Source: Candidatus Firestoneibacteriota bacterium
Lineage (GTDB): Bacteria > Oederibacteriota > D2-FULL-39-29 > JBBTED01
NCBI GenBank assembly: GCA_038042445.1
Contig: JBBTED010000059.1
Span: forward strand, 1 to 64,000
Direction of reading: 5' to 3'
DNA length: 64,000 bases
The notes under the pieces are model-generated. The model worked only from the letters and a program-made list of their open reading frames with translations. It was not told the origin of the DNA and searched no databases. This document shows, in pieces, positions 8,862-19,870 of the stretch. Numbering within the stretch: position 1 is the stretch's first letter; each line of letters opens with the position of its first letter. The position numbers and the translations under genes were made by a program.

Positions 8862-10492
8862 ACTTTAAATTTTTGCACAGCGTCTACAAGTTCATTTGAT
8901 GTTTTAGAAAGCTCCTGAGAGTATACAGCAATCCGCTGGGCTAATTTTGTCTGTTCTTCTGCTTCAGTTCTGGCTTCTTCTGTGGAATGTGCTTTTTCAT
9001 TTGATACAGTTGCAATGGCTGAGAAGGCATTTCTTACTTGTTCACAACCAGAGACTTGTTCCTGAGTGGATTTTGAAATTTCTTGTGCAAGTGCTGCGAC
9101 TTCCCACATTACTTTTAGCATTTCATCAAGAGCACTTCCGGATTTATTTACCACAACCATTCCTTCAGAAACTTCTTTTCTTCCGACTTCCATTGATAAT
9201 ACCACTTGTGTAATATTTGTTTGTACATCTTTGATAAGCCGCGTAATTTGTTCAGCGGATTTTGCAGTCCACTCTGCTAATTTTCTTACTTCTTCCGCAA
9301 CAACAGCAAATCCACTTGCAGCTTCACCTGCTCTTGCAGCTTCTATTGATGTGTTTAATGCTAACAAATTTGTCTGTTCTGCGATTTTAGTGATTACATC
9401 CACAATTTGTCCTATTTGTTTTGAACGTTCGTCCCATTTTCTTGCGGCTAATGCTGATTTGCTTACAGTATCGTTTATTTGTTGCATTTTTGCTATAGCT
9501 TCTTTTGTAGCTTCACTTCCTCGTTGTGCTATATTGCTTGCCACAGTAGTTTTTTCTGCAGTTATTTGGGAACGTGATGCAACTCTTGCAACAGAAGTTA
9601 GCATTTGTTCTATAACTTGTGATGCTTTTTCTACCTGCCTGACTTGTAACATTGCTCCTCTTGCAATATCATGAGATGTTTGGGCAATATGTTGTGATGC
9701 AGATTCAAGTTCGGAAGAAGATAATGAAAATTCCTGGATAGAAGTAGATGTTTTTTCAGAGGCTGCTCTTATTCGTTTGACTAATCCATTTAAATTTGAA
9801 ATTAATGTATTAAATACTTCTGCAAGTTTTCCCATTTCGTCTTTGGATTGGACAAATACACTTTGCGTAAGATCTCCTTCTTTACTTGCTGTATCTATAG
9901 AAATTATCAAACGTTTAATGGAGTTAACAATTCGGTATGATATATTAAGAGACAGTAATAATGTAATAACCACTATGCCTATAGCAAATGCTAAAGTTGT
10001 CAGCTTAATATATTCTTTTCTCTTTGAAAAACGTTTTTCTTCCATTTCTGAAAATTTCCCTACACCTTTGATAAAATATGGCATAGCGTACATTAAATCT
10101 GTATAAATAGTTTCTTTTTCCTTTTCGCCTTTTATTGCCTTATTGATTTTAGATATTATTTCATCTACTTTTGATTTGTTTTCGCCTAATATGTTTATTA
10201 ATTCTAAATTGCCTGTATTTCTTGCCTGGTCTAATCGCTTATTTGTCTCATCCGCAAATTTGTTTATTACATTTTGCAGTCCTTTTAAATGGTCATATTT
10301 TTGTGTTAATTTATAATCTTTAAGCTCTAATTCTGCAGATTTTAACATTACAATGGAATCGAGTTTTTCAGTAAATAGTTGGGTGTTGGCACGCAAAAGT
10401 TCTGTATAGCTATAAATGATTATAGTCATACCTGCTGCCATTAGTAATACAGTGGTAAGAATCATAAACCCTATTTTTTTTCCAATTGTCAT
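8858..10492 (-). CDS. Methyl-accepting chemotaxis protein
   Basis: Two TM helices, HAMP (DEMGKLA), [21 protein letters not shown] signalling tip. Confidence 0.95.
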   Translation of the reverse strand: MTIGKKIGFMILTTVLLMAAGMTIIIYSYTELLRANTQLFTEKLDSIVMLKSAELELKDYKLTQKYDHLKGLQNVINKFADETNKRLDQARNTGNLELINILGENKSKVDEIISKINKAIKGEKEKETIYTDLMYAMPYFIKGVGKFSEMEEKRFSKRKEYIKLTTLAFAIGIVVITLLLSLNISYRIVNSIKRLIISIDTASKEGDLTQSVFVQSKDEMGKLAEVFNTLISNLNGLVKRIRAASEKTSTSIQEFSLSSSELESASQHIAQTSHDIARGAMLQVRQVEKASQVIEQMLTSVARVASRSQITAEKTTVASNIAQRGSEATKEAIAKMQQINDTVSKSALAARKWDERSKQIGQIVDVITKIAEQTNLLALNTSIEAARAGEAASGFAVVAEEVRKLAEWTAKSAEQITRLIKDVQTNITQVVLSMEVGRKEVSEGMVVVNKSGSALDEMLKVMWEVAALAQEISKSTQEQVSGCEQVRNAFSAIATVSNEKAHSTEEARTEAEEQTKLAQRIAVYSQELSKTSNELVDAVQKFKV

Positions 10493-10528
10493 AATTTAAT
10501 TTCCTGTTGTTTCCATACAAAATCCATA

Positions 10529-12037
10529 CTAATTAACTAATGCATTTATATCTAAAACTAATGCTACTTTGCCGGTTCCAAGTATAGTTGCACCTGCAAA
10601 TTCCTTTATTTTTTTGCCAAGAAATCCAAGTGGTTTTATCACTATTTGTTGTTGTGATAGAAATGATGAAACAGCTAACCCGATTTTTTTATTAGCTATT
10701 TCAATAATAACTATTTTGCATTCTTCGGATTTTTTATGCCCATTTTCCGGGAGATCCAGAATTTTATACAAATTTATCAGCGGCAAATTTTCAGAATTAA
10801 CATTTACAAATTTTTCATCAGGAGATATATGGTGTTTATTAGTTATCAAAGTTTCTTTGACTGACAATAATGGTATGGCATATATTTCTTTTTCAACTGT
10901 TACAAGTAAAGCCTGAATTATTGCAAGAGTTAATGGTAATCTTAATATGAATGTACTGCCTTTGCCGGGTTCAGATTCTATGCTTACAGTGCCGCCGCAG
11001 GCTTCTATTCTTGTTTTGACTACGTCCATTCCAACACCGCGTCCGGAAACTAATGTTGTAGAATCTGTAGTGCTAAATCCTGGTTTTGCAATTAACATTA
11101 TTGCTTCCCGTGGTGAAAGTTTCAAAGCTTCTTCTTGGGTTATGAATTTAAGTTTCACTGCAGTATTAATAATATTTTTTGGTTCAATACCTTTTCCATC
11201 ATCTTTTACTGAAATTACCACATATCCACGTTCACGTTTTGCAGATAAGAAAATATTGCCTACTCTGTTTTTGCTTTTTTGTATTCTTTCTTCCGGTTTT
11301 TCTATGCCATGGCTTACAGAATTTCTTAAAAGATGAACAAGTGGTTCATTGATTTCTTCTAATATAACTCTATCCAATCCAATGTCTTTTCCTTCTAAAA
11401 TGAAATTTATTTCTTTTTCCTGCTCTCGTGCTAAATCTCTTATCATTTTTGGGAATCTGTTAAATGTATTGTCAACAGGAACTATACGTGCAGATAAAAC
11501 CATATTTTGGAGATCTGTAATTGTTCTGTTGAATCCATCAAGAAATCTTGAAAGTTCATCATTGTGGTAATTAGATGCCAGGTTTTTTAATCTGGCATTA
11601 CCTATTACTAATTCTCCGGTTAAATTTACAAGTTTATCCAATAGGTTTACATTGATACGTACAGTTTCAAGTTTGTGGCCTTGCAAATCTTGTTTTTTTG
11701 CATCTGGTTTTACTTCAGTTCTTATTTCATCAAATAAATTTTCAAAGCGGGTTGTTCCTTCAAATAAAAGTTCAATAATATCAGGAGTTAAGAGTGATAA
11801 ATCTCTCCTGATTTTGTCTAACATATTTTCTAATTCATGGGAAAGTTTTGTTACTTTTTCAAATCCCATTGTTGCGGACATACCTTTGATGGTGTGGATT
11901 ATACGGAAAAGTTCATTGATTAATTCCTTGTTTTTCTGGTCTTTTTCAAGGCGAAGCAAATTTTGGTTAAGTGATGTTAAAAGATCAGTTCCTTCAGCAA
12001 GAAATGCATCTTTATAAGCAGATAAATCTGTATTCAT
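10529..12037 (-). CDS. cheA: Chemotaxis histidine kinase CheA (compact)
   Basis: HPt HTIKG, HLLRNSVSHG, DDGKG, SGRGVGMDVV, C-terminal CheW-like domain. Confidence 0.95.
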   Translation of the reverse strand: MNTDLSAYKDAFLAEGTDLLTSLNQNLLRLEKDQKNKELINELFRIIHTIKGMSATMGFEKVTKLSHELENMLDKIRRDLSLLTPDIIELLFEGTTRFENLFDEIRTEVKPDAKKQDLQGHKLETVRINVNLLDKLVNLTGELVIGNARLKNLASNYHNDELSRFLDGFNRTITDLQNMVLSARIVPVDNTFNRFPKMIRDLAREQEKEINFILEGKDIGLDRVILEEINEPLVHLLRNSVSHGIEKPEERIQKSKNRVGNIFLSAKRERGYVVISVKDDGKGIEPKNIINTAVKLKFITQEEALKLSPREAIMLIAKPGFSTTDSTTLVSGRGVGMDVVKTRIEACGGTVSIESEPGKGSTFILRLPLTLAIIQALLVTVEKEIYAIPLLSVKETLITNKHHISPDEKFVNVNSENLPLINLYKILDLPENGHKKSEECKIVIIEIANKKIGLAVSSFLSQQQIVIKPLGFLGKKIKEFAGATILGTGKVALVLDINALVN

Positions 12038-12042
12038 AGATA

Positions 12043-12408
12043 TTATTCACCTAAAATATTTTTCACAGTTTCTATAACCTGTTGTGCCTGAAATGGTTTT
12101 ACTATGAAGCCCAAAGCACCTGCTTGTATAGCTTCATCTACTAATGACTGTTGTCCCATTGCGCTTACCATAATAACTTTAGCGTTTGGGTCATTTTTTT
12201 TTATTTCTTTTACTGCATCAATACCATTCATTTCAGGCATAATCATATCCATTGTAACTAAATCAGGTTTAAGCTCTATATATTTTCCTGCTGCATGTTT
12301 GCCATCAGTGGCTTCTCCAACCACAGTATATTTTTCTTTGATTAATATATCCTTTAACATCATTCTCATAAATGCTGAATCATCCACCAATAAAATTTTT
12401 TTTGCCAT
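12043..12408 (-). CDS. cheY: Response regulator CheY
   Basis: VDDSAFMR, MDMIMP, SAMGQ, KPF; in che operon. Confidence 0.9.
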   Translation of the reverse strand: MAKKILLVDDSAFMRMMLKDILIKEKYTVVGEATDGKHAAGKYIELKPDLVTMDMIMPEMNGIDAVKEIKKNDPNAKVIMVSAMGQQSLVDEAIQAGALGFIVKPFQAQQVIETVKNILGE

Positions 12409-12493
12409 TTTTGCCTCCTATTAAAAATTCTCATATTGTGAAAAGTTTTTAACAATATTCTTTTATTTCTTTAATTACATGTATTTTAAAATT

Positions 12494-12728
12494 TGTAGTC
12501 GCTCATTTATGAGCATAATTTAAAAGCCGATAAATCGGCAACTACAAAAAACTTAATACGTTTGTATTAGTTTGCTTTTAATCCCCTGTTTTAAGTTCCC
12601 TCTCCCTTATGAAAGAGATTTAACCTTTATTTATCAGTATTTATGAAATTTTCTTTCATAAAACTTTTTACATTACCAAAATTCTCCTATCAAAACCCCA
12701 CTTTATTAAAGGGGGGTAGGGGGGATTT
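12494..12728. repeat. REP-rich spacer between cheW and cheY
   Basis: Inverted pair of TGTAG-headed palindromes 12494-12546; poly-C/poly-G palindrome 12696-12728. Confidence 0.75.
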
Positions 12729-12731
12729 GAT

Positions 12732-13196
12732 TTAAGACTCTAAATCATTCTCTACTAATTTGTTTGCATCTATAACGTAAAATATTCCTTCTTTTGTTTC
12801 GTATATTCCTTTTGCTAATTTTTTAACTATGGCCTGTATTTTTCCACCAGACCATAATTGTGTTAGATTAATATCATCTGTTTGAAATGATTTTAATTGA
12901 ACAGTATCTGGAATCTTGAGAAATTTTGTTGCTGAATCTATCATAAGCCCTATTTTGTTTTCCACAGTTTCTGTTACAATTATTCTTTTTAAAGAGGGAG
13001 TTGGCATTTCATTAAATAAAACATTCAAGTTAAGGATGCCAATTATCTCTCCTCTGTAGTTTGTAATCCCACTTATATTAGATGTACTCTTTGGGAGCTT
13101 TGTTATTTCGCCGACGGATATAACTTCTTTTACATCAGCTATGTCTATAGCAAAGTTTAGTTTTCCAACTGTGAATATTAAAAAAGTATTATCCAT
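12732..13196 (-). CDS. cheW: Chemotaxis coupling protein CheW
   Basis: FAIDIADVKEVI, ITKLP, GITNYRGEII, IGLMID. Confidence 0.85.
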   Translation of the reverse strand: MDNTFLIFTVGKLNFAIDIADVKEVISVGEITKLPKSTSNISGITNYRGEIIGILNLNVLFNEMPTPSLKRIIVTETVENKIGLMIDSATKFLKIPDTVQLKSFQTDDINLTQLWSGGKIQAIVKKLAKGIYETKEGIFYVIDANKLVENDLES

Positions 13197-13254
13197 CCAA
13201 GCTTTTTTAATAATATATCAAACCATATTCCCAGTCAATAGAAAAATTTATAAC

Positions 13255-13284
13255 TTGACAGGGCGATTTTTATTTTTTTATAAT
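13255..13284 (+). promoter_or_regulatory. sigma70 promoter for the ABC operon (divergent from cheW)
   Basis: TTGACA 13255-13260, 18 bp, TATAAT 13279-13284. Confidence 0.65.
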
Positions 13285-13339
13285 ACCATATAGTAGTAAA
13301 TAACGCATATATTTATTTTAAAAGAGAGGAGGGGTTTTT

Positions 13340-14299
13340 GTGATAGAAGTTGAAAATCTAAATAAAAGTTATGGTCAGCTTAAAGCATTAAATAATGTAT
13401 CTTTTAAAGTGGAAAAGGGGCAAGTGGTTGGTCTTCTTGGTCCTAATGGTGCTGGAAAAACTACGATGATGAGAATTTTAACAGGATATTTTTCTGCTGA
13501 TAGTGGAAATGCAAAGGTTGCAGATTATGATATTTCAGAAAATCCAATGGAGGTAAAAAGAAGAGTAGGATATATGACAGAAAATCCTCTTTTGTATACT
13601 GAAATGACAGTTTGGGATTATCTTAGTTTTCTTGCAGATATAAAAGAAGTACCTGTCAGGGAAAAGAAAAATCGGATAGAAAAAACTATGGAGGAGACAG
13701 GTGTAAGCCAAATGAAAAATAGAGTGATAAGCAGGCTTTCACGCGGGTATAAACAGCGTGTTGGTTTAGCTCAGGCTCTTATACATAATCCTGAAGTATT
13801 AGTTTTAGATGAGCCTACAGTAGGTTTAGATCCAAAGCAGATAATAGAAATAAGAGAATTAATAAAGGGTTTGAGTGGACAGAAAACTATAATTTTAAGT
13901 ACGCATATTTTACCTGAAGCAAGTATGATTTGTGAAAAAATTGTAATAATTGATAAGGGTAAAATAGTTGCAGTTGATACACAAGAAGAATTGATGCGTA
14001 GATTAAAAGGTGCTGAGAGAGTATATCTTGAAATAAAAGGAAATAAAGAAAAGATTTTACAGCTGATACAGAGTATAAAAGGTGTTAAAAGCTGTGTAGA
14101 AGATGTATCAAAAGATAAAAGCCATTTTGTAGCTAATATAGATTGTGAACTTGGTACAGATGTGCGGGAGGATATTTTTAGAATAATCGCCCAAAATGAT
14201 GGTGTAATTTATGAAATGAGACCTGTTGATATGAGCCTTGAAGAAGTATTCTTAAGATTAACCACGACTGAAAATCAAGAAGGGGGTGCGGTGATATGA
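13340..14299 (+). CDS. ABC transporter ATP-binding protein (GldA-like)
   Basis: GPNGAGKT, LSRGYKQR, LDEPTVGLDP. Confidence 0.9.
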   Translation: MIEVENLNKSYGQLKALNNVSFKVEKGQVVGLLGPNGAGKTTMMRILTGYFSADSGNAKVADYDISENPMEVKRRVGYMTENPLLYTEMTVWDYLSFLADIKEVPVREKKNRIEKTMEETGVSQMKNRVISRLSRGYKQRVGLAQALIHNPEVLVLDEPTVGLDPKQIIEIRELIKGLSGQKTIILSTHILPEASMICEKIVIIDKGKIVAVDTQEELMRRLKGAERVYLEIKGNKEKILQLIQSIKGVKSCVEDVSKDKSHFVANIDCELGTDVREDIFRIIAQNDGVIYEMRPVDMSLEEVFLRLTTTENQEGGAVI

Positions 14300-15003
14300 A
14301 AAAGATATGGGCAATAGTTAAAAAAGAAATAAAATCCTTTTTTATTTCACCAATAGCTTACATAGTTATTGCTATGTTTTTACTCATTTCAGGATATTTC
14401 TTTTCAATTATAGTTTTTAACACTCAAATGGCTGATATGAGAATAATTTTTCACAATATGGGTATAACTTTGCTTTTTATAAGCCCTATTATTACAATGA
14501 GGACTTTTGCTGAAGAAAGAAAACTTGGAACTATAGAGTTGCTATATACGTCACCTTTAACTTTACAGGAAATAGTTTTTGGAAAATATTTGTCCTGCAT
14601 AGTACTTTTTCTTATTATAACTGGTGTTACATTAGAATATCCATTATTACTTCGGCTTTTTGGCAAACCTGATTGGGGTCCGATTTTAACAGCGTATCTT
14701 GGGTTTGTTCTACTTGGAATGACTTTTCTTGCAATTGGAGTATTTGCTTCAAGTTTGACAGAAAATCAAATTGTGGCAACAGTAGTTAGTTTTTCTTTGC
14801 TTTTGTTATTATGGATTATTGGATGGGCAGGAGATACAGTGGGTGGAATACTTGGTAGATTTTTATCCAGTATTTCAATATATAACCATTTTGAAGATTT
14901 TGTGAAAGGGGTTGTTGATACAAAGCATATAATTTATTATCTGAGTGTAATATTCTCTGCAATATTTTTAACAATCAAACGTTTAGAGTGGAAGAGGTGG
15001 TAA
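14296..15003 (+). CDS. ABC-2 permease (GldF-like)
   Basis: ITMRTFAEERKLGTIELL, six TM helices. Confidence 0.85.
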   Translation: MKKIWAIVKKEIKSFFISPIAYIVIAMFLLISGYFFSIIVFNTQMADMRIIFHNMGITLLFISPIITMRTFAEERKLGTIELLYTSPLTLQEIVFGKYLSCIVLFLIITGVTLEYPLLLRLFGKPDWGPILTAYLGFVLLGMTFLAIGVFASSLTENQIVATVVSFSLLLLLWIIGWAGDTVGGILGRFLSSISIYNHFEDFVKGVVDTKHIIYYLSVIFSAIFLTIKRLEWKRW

Positions 15004-15006
15004 CAT

Positions 15007-16494
15007 ATGAAAATCAAAATAAATTTTAAAGATATTTTGTCTACAGGCAAAACTGTATTGAAATCAAAAACTGCAAAGTATGGAACAAATCTTACTGTTT
15101 TTGCATTAGTTGTTGTAGGTATAGTAATTTTTGTAAATGTTATACTGTCGCGTCATAGCTTTAGACATGATTTTACTGTGAACAAACAGTTTGATTTGTC
15201 CGGGCAGACCAAGAAAATATTGAAAGGTTTGGATAAAAAAATAAAAATCACAGCATTTTCCAAAAAGGGAACATATAATGACAGAATGATAAAAGATATG
15301 CTTGAAGAATATGCACAGATAAGTAAAAAAATTGAATTGGATTCTATTGATCCTGATTCAAATCCAGGAAAGGCACGTCAATATGGAATTACCACTTATA
15401 ATACAGTTGTATTTGAAACAGGGACTGGCAGAAAAGATGTTTTGGAGAAAGATTTATTCGTATATGATTATAGTAATTCTTATGGAGGGCAGCAGCCTCC
15501 GCAATTTCAGGGTGAACAGACTTTTACTGCGGCAATAATGAGTATTACACAGGAGGGACAAAAAGTAATTTATTTTCTTAAAGGGCATGGGGAAAGAGAT
15601 GTAAATGATTCCGGAAGAGAAGGATTTAGCGAGGCTAAAAAAACTTTAGAAAGAGAAAATTATGTAATAAAAGAATTAGATTTAGCAACTACTACTAAAA
15701 TCTCTGAAGATTGCCAGCTTTTAATTGTTCCTGGACCTAAAAAGGGGTTTGCAGAAAAGGAAATTGAAATTGTTGAAAAATATCTGGCAGGTGGAGGTAA
15801 AGGTTTGTTTATGTTTGACCCCGGAGTTAATACAGGTTTGGAGGGTATGCTAAAAACTTATAAGATTGATATTGGGAATGATTTAATTTTAGATCCTGCG
15901 AGTTGTTATTCCGGTGATGCAATGGCTCCAATTCCTGCATATAAATCGCATGATATAACAAATGAATTACAAAAACAGCGTATTGGTATTATTTTGGCGG
16001 CAGCACGTAGTGTGAGTGAACCTAATGGTAATTCAGATGGTGTAGTTGTTTTTCCACTTCTTGAAACTAGTGATAAGGGATGGGCAGAGAAAGATTTAAG
16101 AACACAAAAGGCAAAATATGATGAAGGTGTAGATAAAAAAGGTCCTGTTACTATTGCGGTAGCAGTTACTAAAACCGTGACCGAAGGGAATACTGGAAGT
16201 GTTACTCAAAAAGATAAGACAGAAGAAATGCGTATGGTTGTTATAGGAGATTCAGATTTTGTTACAAATAAAATAATGGGAATTCAGGGAAATGTGGATT
16301 TCTTTGGGAATTCTGTGAATTGGATATTGCAGGAAAAAGAAAAAATAGCAATTAGACCAAAGACACTTGAATTAAGAAAAATGGATTTATCCAGATTTAA
16401 AGGTAAATTTATATTCTGGGTGACAGTGGTGCTTACTCCTTTATCTGTATTAGTATGTGGTATTACAGTTTGGGTAAAACGACGTAAGAAATAA
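15007..16494 (+). CDS. GldG-family ABC auxiliary protein
   Basis: DFT..KQFDLS, YFLKGHGE, VVIGDSDF, N- and C-terminal TM helices. Confidence 0.85.
   Translation: MKIKINFKDILSTGKTVLKSKTAKYGTNLTVFALVVVGIVIFVNVILSRHSFRHDFTVNKQFDLSGQTKKILKGLDKKIKITAFSKKGTYNDRMIKDMLEEYAQISKKIELDSIDPDSNPGKARQYGITTYNTVVFETGTGRKDVLEKDLFVYDYSNSYGGQQPPQFQGEQTFTAAIMSITQEGQKVIYFLKGHGERDVNDSGREGFSEAKKTLERENYVIKELDLATTTKISEDCQLLIVPGPKKGFAEKEIEIVEKYLAGGGKGLFMFDPGVNTGLEGMLKTYKIDIGNDLILDPASCYSGDAMAPIPAYKSHDITNELQKQRIGIILAAARSVSEPNGNSDGVVVFPLLETSDKGWAEKDLRTQKAKYDEGVDKKGPVTIAVAVTKTVTEGNTGSVTQKDKTEEMRMVVIGDSDFVTNKIMGIQGNVDFFGNSVNWILQEKEKIAIRPKTLELRKMDLSRFKGKFIFWVTVVLTPLSVLVCGITVWVKRRKK
16179..16200 (+). repeat. Dispersed 22-bp motif GACCGAAGGGAATACTGGAAGT (other copies at 17517, 18171, 20761, 61085)
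   Basis: Exact match with 61085-61106; 21/22 at 20761, 20/22 at 18171, 17/22 at 17517. Confidence 0.85.
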
Positions 16495-16551
16495 AACGAT
16501 TATCTTTTGTAGTCGCAGGCTTTAGCCTGCGAAGTATTAAAAGGAGTTCTT

Positions 16552-17559
16552 ATGAAAAAATTTAAAGCTACATATATAGTAATTGGAATTTTTATACTGT
16601 TAGCAGTATATATTTATTTTTTTGAAAGAGGCGAAGTTCCAAGCAAAAAAATAAAAATTTTTAGTGATATTAAAAAAGAAGATATAAATAAAATAGAATT
16701 AAATAATGTAGAGAAAAACGAAACAATAATTTGTGAAAAAATCAGAGATAATGAATGGCAGATAATAAGTCCTAAAAGGTATGACATTGAGCAGGACGAA
16801 ATAGATTCTTTGGTCAATAACTTTGTTAATCTTGATATTGATAGAGAATTCAAGGATAAAGAACTACGAAATTTAAAGGATTATGGTTTGGATGCTCCCT
16901 CTTTTAAGGCAATAGCATATTTTAAAAATGGGAAATCAGCAACTTTGTTTTTTGGCCAGAAAACACCATCTAATAGTTATTATTTTGTTCAACCATCTGA
17001 TAAAAACGTAGTTTGCACAGCAGCTACTTATAGTGTTGAAAATGTTAAAAAAGATATTCCAAAATTACGCAAAAAATCAATATTTTTATTTGATACTGAA
17101 AAAGTAACCAAAATTTTACTGGCAGGAGATAAAGGTCCAATAGAGTGTGAGAAAGATGACAAAGGTGATTGGAGAGTTAAGTCTACTGTAAGTGTTCCGG
17201 GTGATAAAAATGCCATTGAATCAATTGTCAATACTGTTAAAAATTCAAGAATTCAAGAATTTATAGAAGATGAGCCAAAGGATTTGGGAAAATATGGACT
17301 TAAAAAATCAAAAATAAGTATAAAAATATGGGAAGGGAAGGATAAAGTTATTGCATCGCTTTTATTTGGTAAAAAAATGGAAGGCAAAGAACAAGTTTAT
17401 GTGAAGAATGAGTCAGCAAAACCTGTTTATGCTGTTTTTAGTTCTATTGCTACAGATGTCCACAAAGGTATAGATGACTTAAAAGATAAAAAGATAGAAG
17501 AAAAACCTAAGTCTACGACCAAAGGGAATGGTGGAACCATTGGTACTATAAAAAAGTAA
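16552..17559 (+). CDS. DUF4340-like periplasmic protein
   Basis: Two repeats with L.DYGL..P and L.FG motifs; usual partner of GldG operons. Confidence 0.75.
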   Translation: MKKFKATYIVIGIFILLAVYIYFFERGEVPSKKIKIFSDIKKEDINKIELNNVEKNETIICEKIRDNEWQIISPKRYDIEQDEIDSLVNNFVNLDIDREFKDKELRNLKDYGLDAPSFKAIAYFKNGKSATLFFGQKTPSNSYYFVQPSDKNVVCTAATYSVENVKKDIPKLRKKSIFLFDTEKVTKILLAGDKGPIECEKDDKGDWRVKSTVSVPGDKNAIESIVNTVKNSRIQEFIEDEPKDLGKYGLKKSKISIKIWEGKDKVIASLLFGKKMEGKEQVYVKNESAKPVYAVFSSIATDVHKGIDDLKDKKIEEKPKSTTKGNGGTIGTIKK

Positions 17560-17601
17560 TTGCAATCGTACTTGTTTTTTGTCACATTATTTTAAAATCC
17601 T

Positions 17602-19605
17602 ATGGAAGATAAATTAAAAACTCTTATTAGTTTTATGCGAACCCTTCGCATTGCAATGAGTAATATCCAGTTGTATTCTACTACGAGTGCTATAGTTCAG
17701 GATACAGTTAATATGTGTTATGGCACGCTTATACAAATATTAGAACAAGATAAAACTTTGATGTTGAGTGAATCTGAAAAATCTATTCTTGTAGATGGCA
17801 AAATGTTGGATTTCACTGGAGTTGAAAAGGGATTTATTAATAATTTTGCAGAAACTTTAATTTCCCAAAAAATAAGAAGTATTACTTTTAAATATGGTAT
17901 TTCTAAAGGTGAATTAACAGCTTTTCTCGAGGTATTAAGTAAAAGAAAAAGATTAGCTGGAATGGAAGGACATATTTCACAGCTGTTAATTAAAAAACAA
18001 ATTTCCAATATACAATTGGATGAAAAAATATATGTTGTTGCTGATGATAAAGATAAAGAGAAACAAGGAGATAATATTGTTACTCAAGAACAAGAAGTAG
18101 TTGCACAGGAATCTGCTCAGTTTGCCTCGCCGGATGAAACCACAGTTTCAGGACAAGATGCTGGAAGCGAGATCAAAGGGAATACTGGAAGTAGAAAATA
18201 TGCTTCTGCAGGAATAGGTGGTATAGGACAAGCAGGAAGTATGGGGCAGGGTGAAATTATTTATAGAACAAAGGAAGAAAAATTATATAGTGATGTAGAT
18301 AATGTACTTAAGAAAGACAGAAAATCACTCCTTGAAGAAACTCACAAAAAAGCGCTTCCACAGATGTTAAAGGATTTAGATGTTATTGAGAGAACGGATC
18401 TAGCAGGAAAAGTTGTAGATGGATTTGCAGAAAATCTGGATGATACGGTTCCTTCTGTCCGATTAGAGACAGTTCGTTCTTTTAAAGAATTTAGTTCTAC
18501 TATTGAAGGATTAAGCGATAAAAAAATAATAGGCAAATTAGAAGATAAATTTATAGATACTGAAGATAAGGAATCAGAAGAGCAAATATATCTTGAATTA
18601 GCAGATTTATTAGAAGAAGGTGTAAATAGGCTGCTTGTGCGAGGAGATTATGACAAGTCTGGTAGAATACTTACAATGTTTCAACGGCATCGTACAGCTA
18701 AATACGAAGTATTTGCAGAAAGATGGCAATGTGCTGAGAAAGTTTTGGAACGTATTGCAAATAGTCATTTTATTTCAATACTTGTAAGTGATTTGCGTTG
18801 TGATGATGTAAAAAAGCAAGAACAAGCATATTCAATAATACTTAAAATGGAAGAAATGTCTATAGAACCTCTTATTGAAGCATTAAAAGAAACAGAGGAT
18901 TTACATCTTAGAAAAGTTATAGCTTATGCATTAAAACGTATGGGAAAAGAAGCAATAGAGAAATTGTTAGATGTATTGTCAAATGAAACATCGCCTGTGG
19001 AAATCAAAAGGATTGTTGAAATAATTGATATATTAGATGTAAAAGATAAAATAATAGAAACTTTGAAAGGAGTATTTGGACATTATAGTTCTTTAGTCCG
19101 TAAGAATATTCTTTATGTTTACTTTAGAATAGGAAGTGAAGAAGCAAAACAATTGTTAGCTGAAGCAATTAATGATGTTGATGTTGAAGTTCAATTAGAA
19201 GCTATTAAGCTGGTTGGAAAATTAAAATGTGAAATTGCAGTAGATGTTTTGATTGCAAAAATTGTATCAGTCAAACTTTTCAGTAAAGAAATAGTTAGCG
19301 AAGCTGTTCAAGAAGAGATATGCGTTTCATTGGGTAAAATAGGGCACTCTTTGGCTATTACTGCCTTATTTAATACTGCATTATCACAATCATTTTTAAG
19401 TTTTAAGTCCACAAAACCGCTAAACGTTAGATTGTCTGCAGTTATGTCACTTTCAGGTTTTTCTAATAATGATGCAAAATTATCTCTTGAAAAATTGTCT
19501 TTAGATAAGAATTCTCAGGTTAAAAAAGCAGTTGCAGAAGCTTTAAATAGGCAAGCCAAATTAATATCTCAAAAGGGTGAAAATTTAGCACAAAAAGTAC
19601 TATAG
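17602..19605 (+). CDS. HEAT-repeat protein
   Basis: Repeated VRL.A...LG helical motifs in the C-terminal half; low-complexity linker. Confidence 0.65.
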   Translation: MEDKLKTLISFMRTLRIAMSNIQLYSTTSAIVQDTVNMCYGTLIQILEQDKTLMLSESEKSILVDGKMLDFTGVEKGFINNFAETLISQKIRSITFKYGISKGELTAFLEVLSKRKRLAGMEGHISQLLIKKQISNIQLDEKIYVVADDKDKEKQGDNIVTQEQEVVAQESAQFASPDETTVSGQDAGSEIKGNTGSRKYASAGIGGIGQAGSMGQGEIIYRTKEEKLYSDVDNVLKKDRKSLLEETHKKALPQMLKDLDVIERTDLAGKVVDGFAENLDDTVPSVRLETVRSFKEFSSTIEGLSDKKIIGKLEDKFIDTEDKESEEQIYLELADLLEEGVNRLLVRGDYDKSGRILTMFQRHRTAKYEVFAERWQCAEKVLERIANSHFISILVSDLRCDDVKKQEQAYSIILKMEEMSIEPLIEALKETEDLHLRKVIAYALKRMGKEAIEKLLDVLSNETSPVEIKRIVEIIDILDVKDKIIETLKGVFGHYSSLVRKNILYVYFRIGSEEAKQLLAEAINDVDVEVQLEAIKLVGKLKCEIAVDVLIAKIVSVKLFSKEIVSEAVQEEICVSLGKIGHSLAITALFNTALSQSFLSFKSTKPLNVRLSAVMSLSGFSNNDAKLSLEKLSLDKNSQVKKAVAEALNRQAKLISQKGENLAQKVL

Positions 19606-19616
19606 TATTTTAACTA

Positions 19617-19703
19617 TGGTGCGGAAGGGGGGAGTTGAACCCCCAAGGAGTTGCCTCCACTAGACCCTGAATCTAGCGTGTCTGCCAGTTCCACCACTTC
19701 CGC
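19617..19703 (-). tRNA. tRNA-Leu(CAG)
   Basis: Reverse complement GCGGAAGTGGTGGAACTGGCAGACACG-CTAGATTCAGGGTCTAG, long variable arm, ends CCA. Confidence 0.95.
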
Positions 19704-19870
19704 AAAGCTAAAACCATTATATTTAAATAAATACCAAAAGTCAAAAAAAAATGTAAATCATACAGAAATTTTTCAAAACGATATTTTTTGTAGTTACTCA
19801 ATTTATTGAGCTTAAAAAACGCTTGATTTTACAGTTGATAATTACTATAGTTATACAAGAGGTGGGATTT

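Noticed and set aside
8245..12424. Numerous plus-strand ORFs over the chemotaxis genes, and similar antisense ORFs across the window
   Set aside because: Shadows of well-supported genes on the opposite strand with no recognisable motifs
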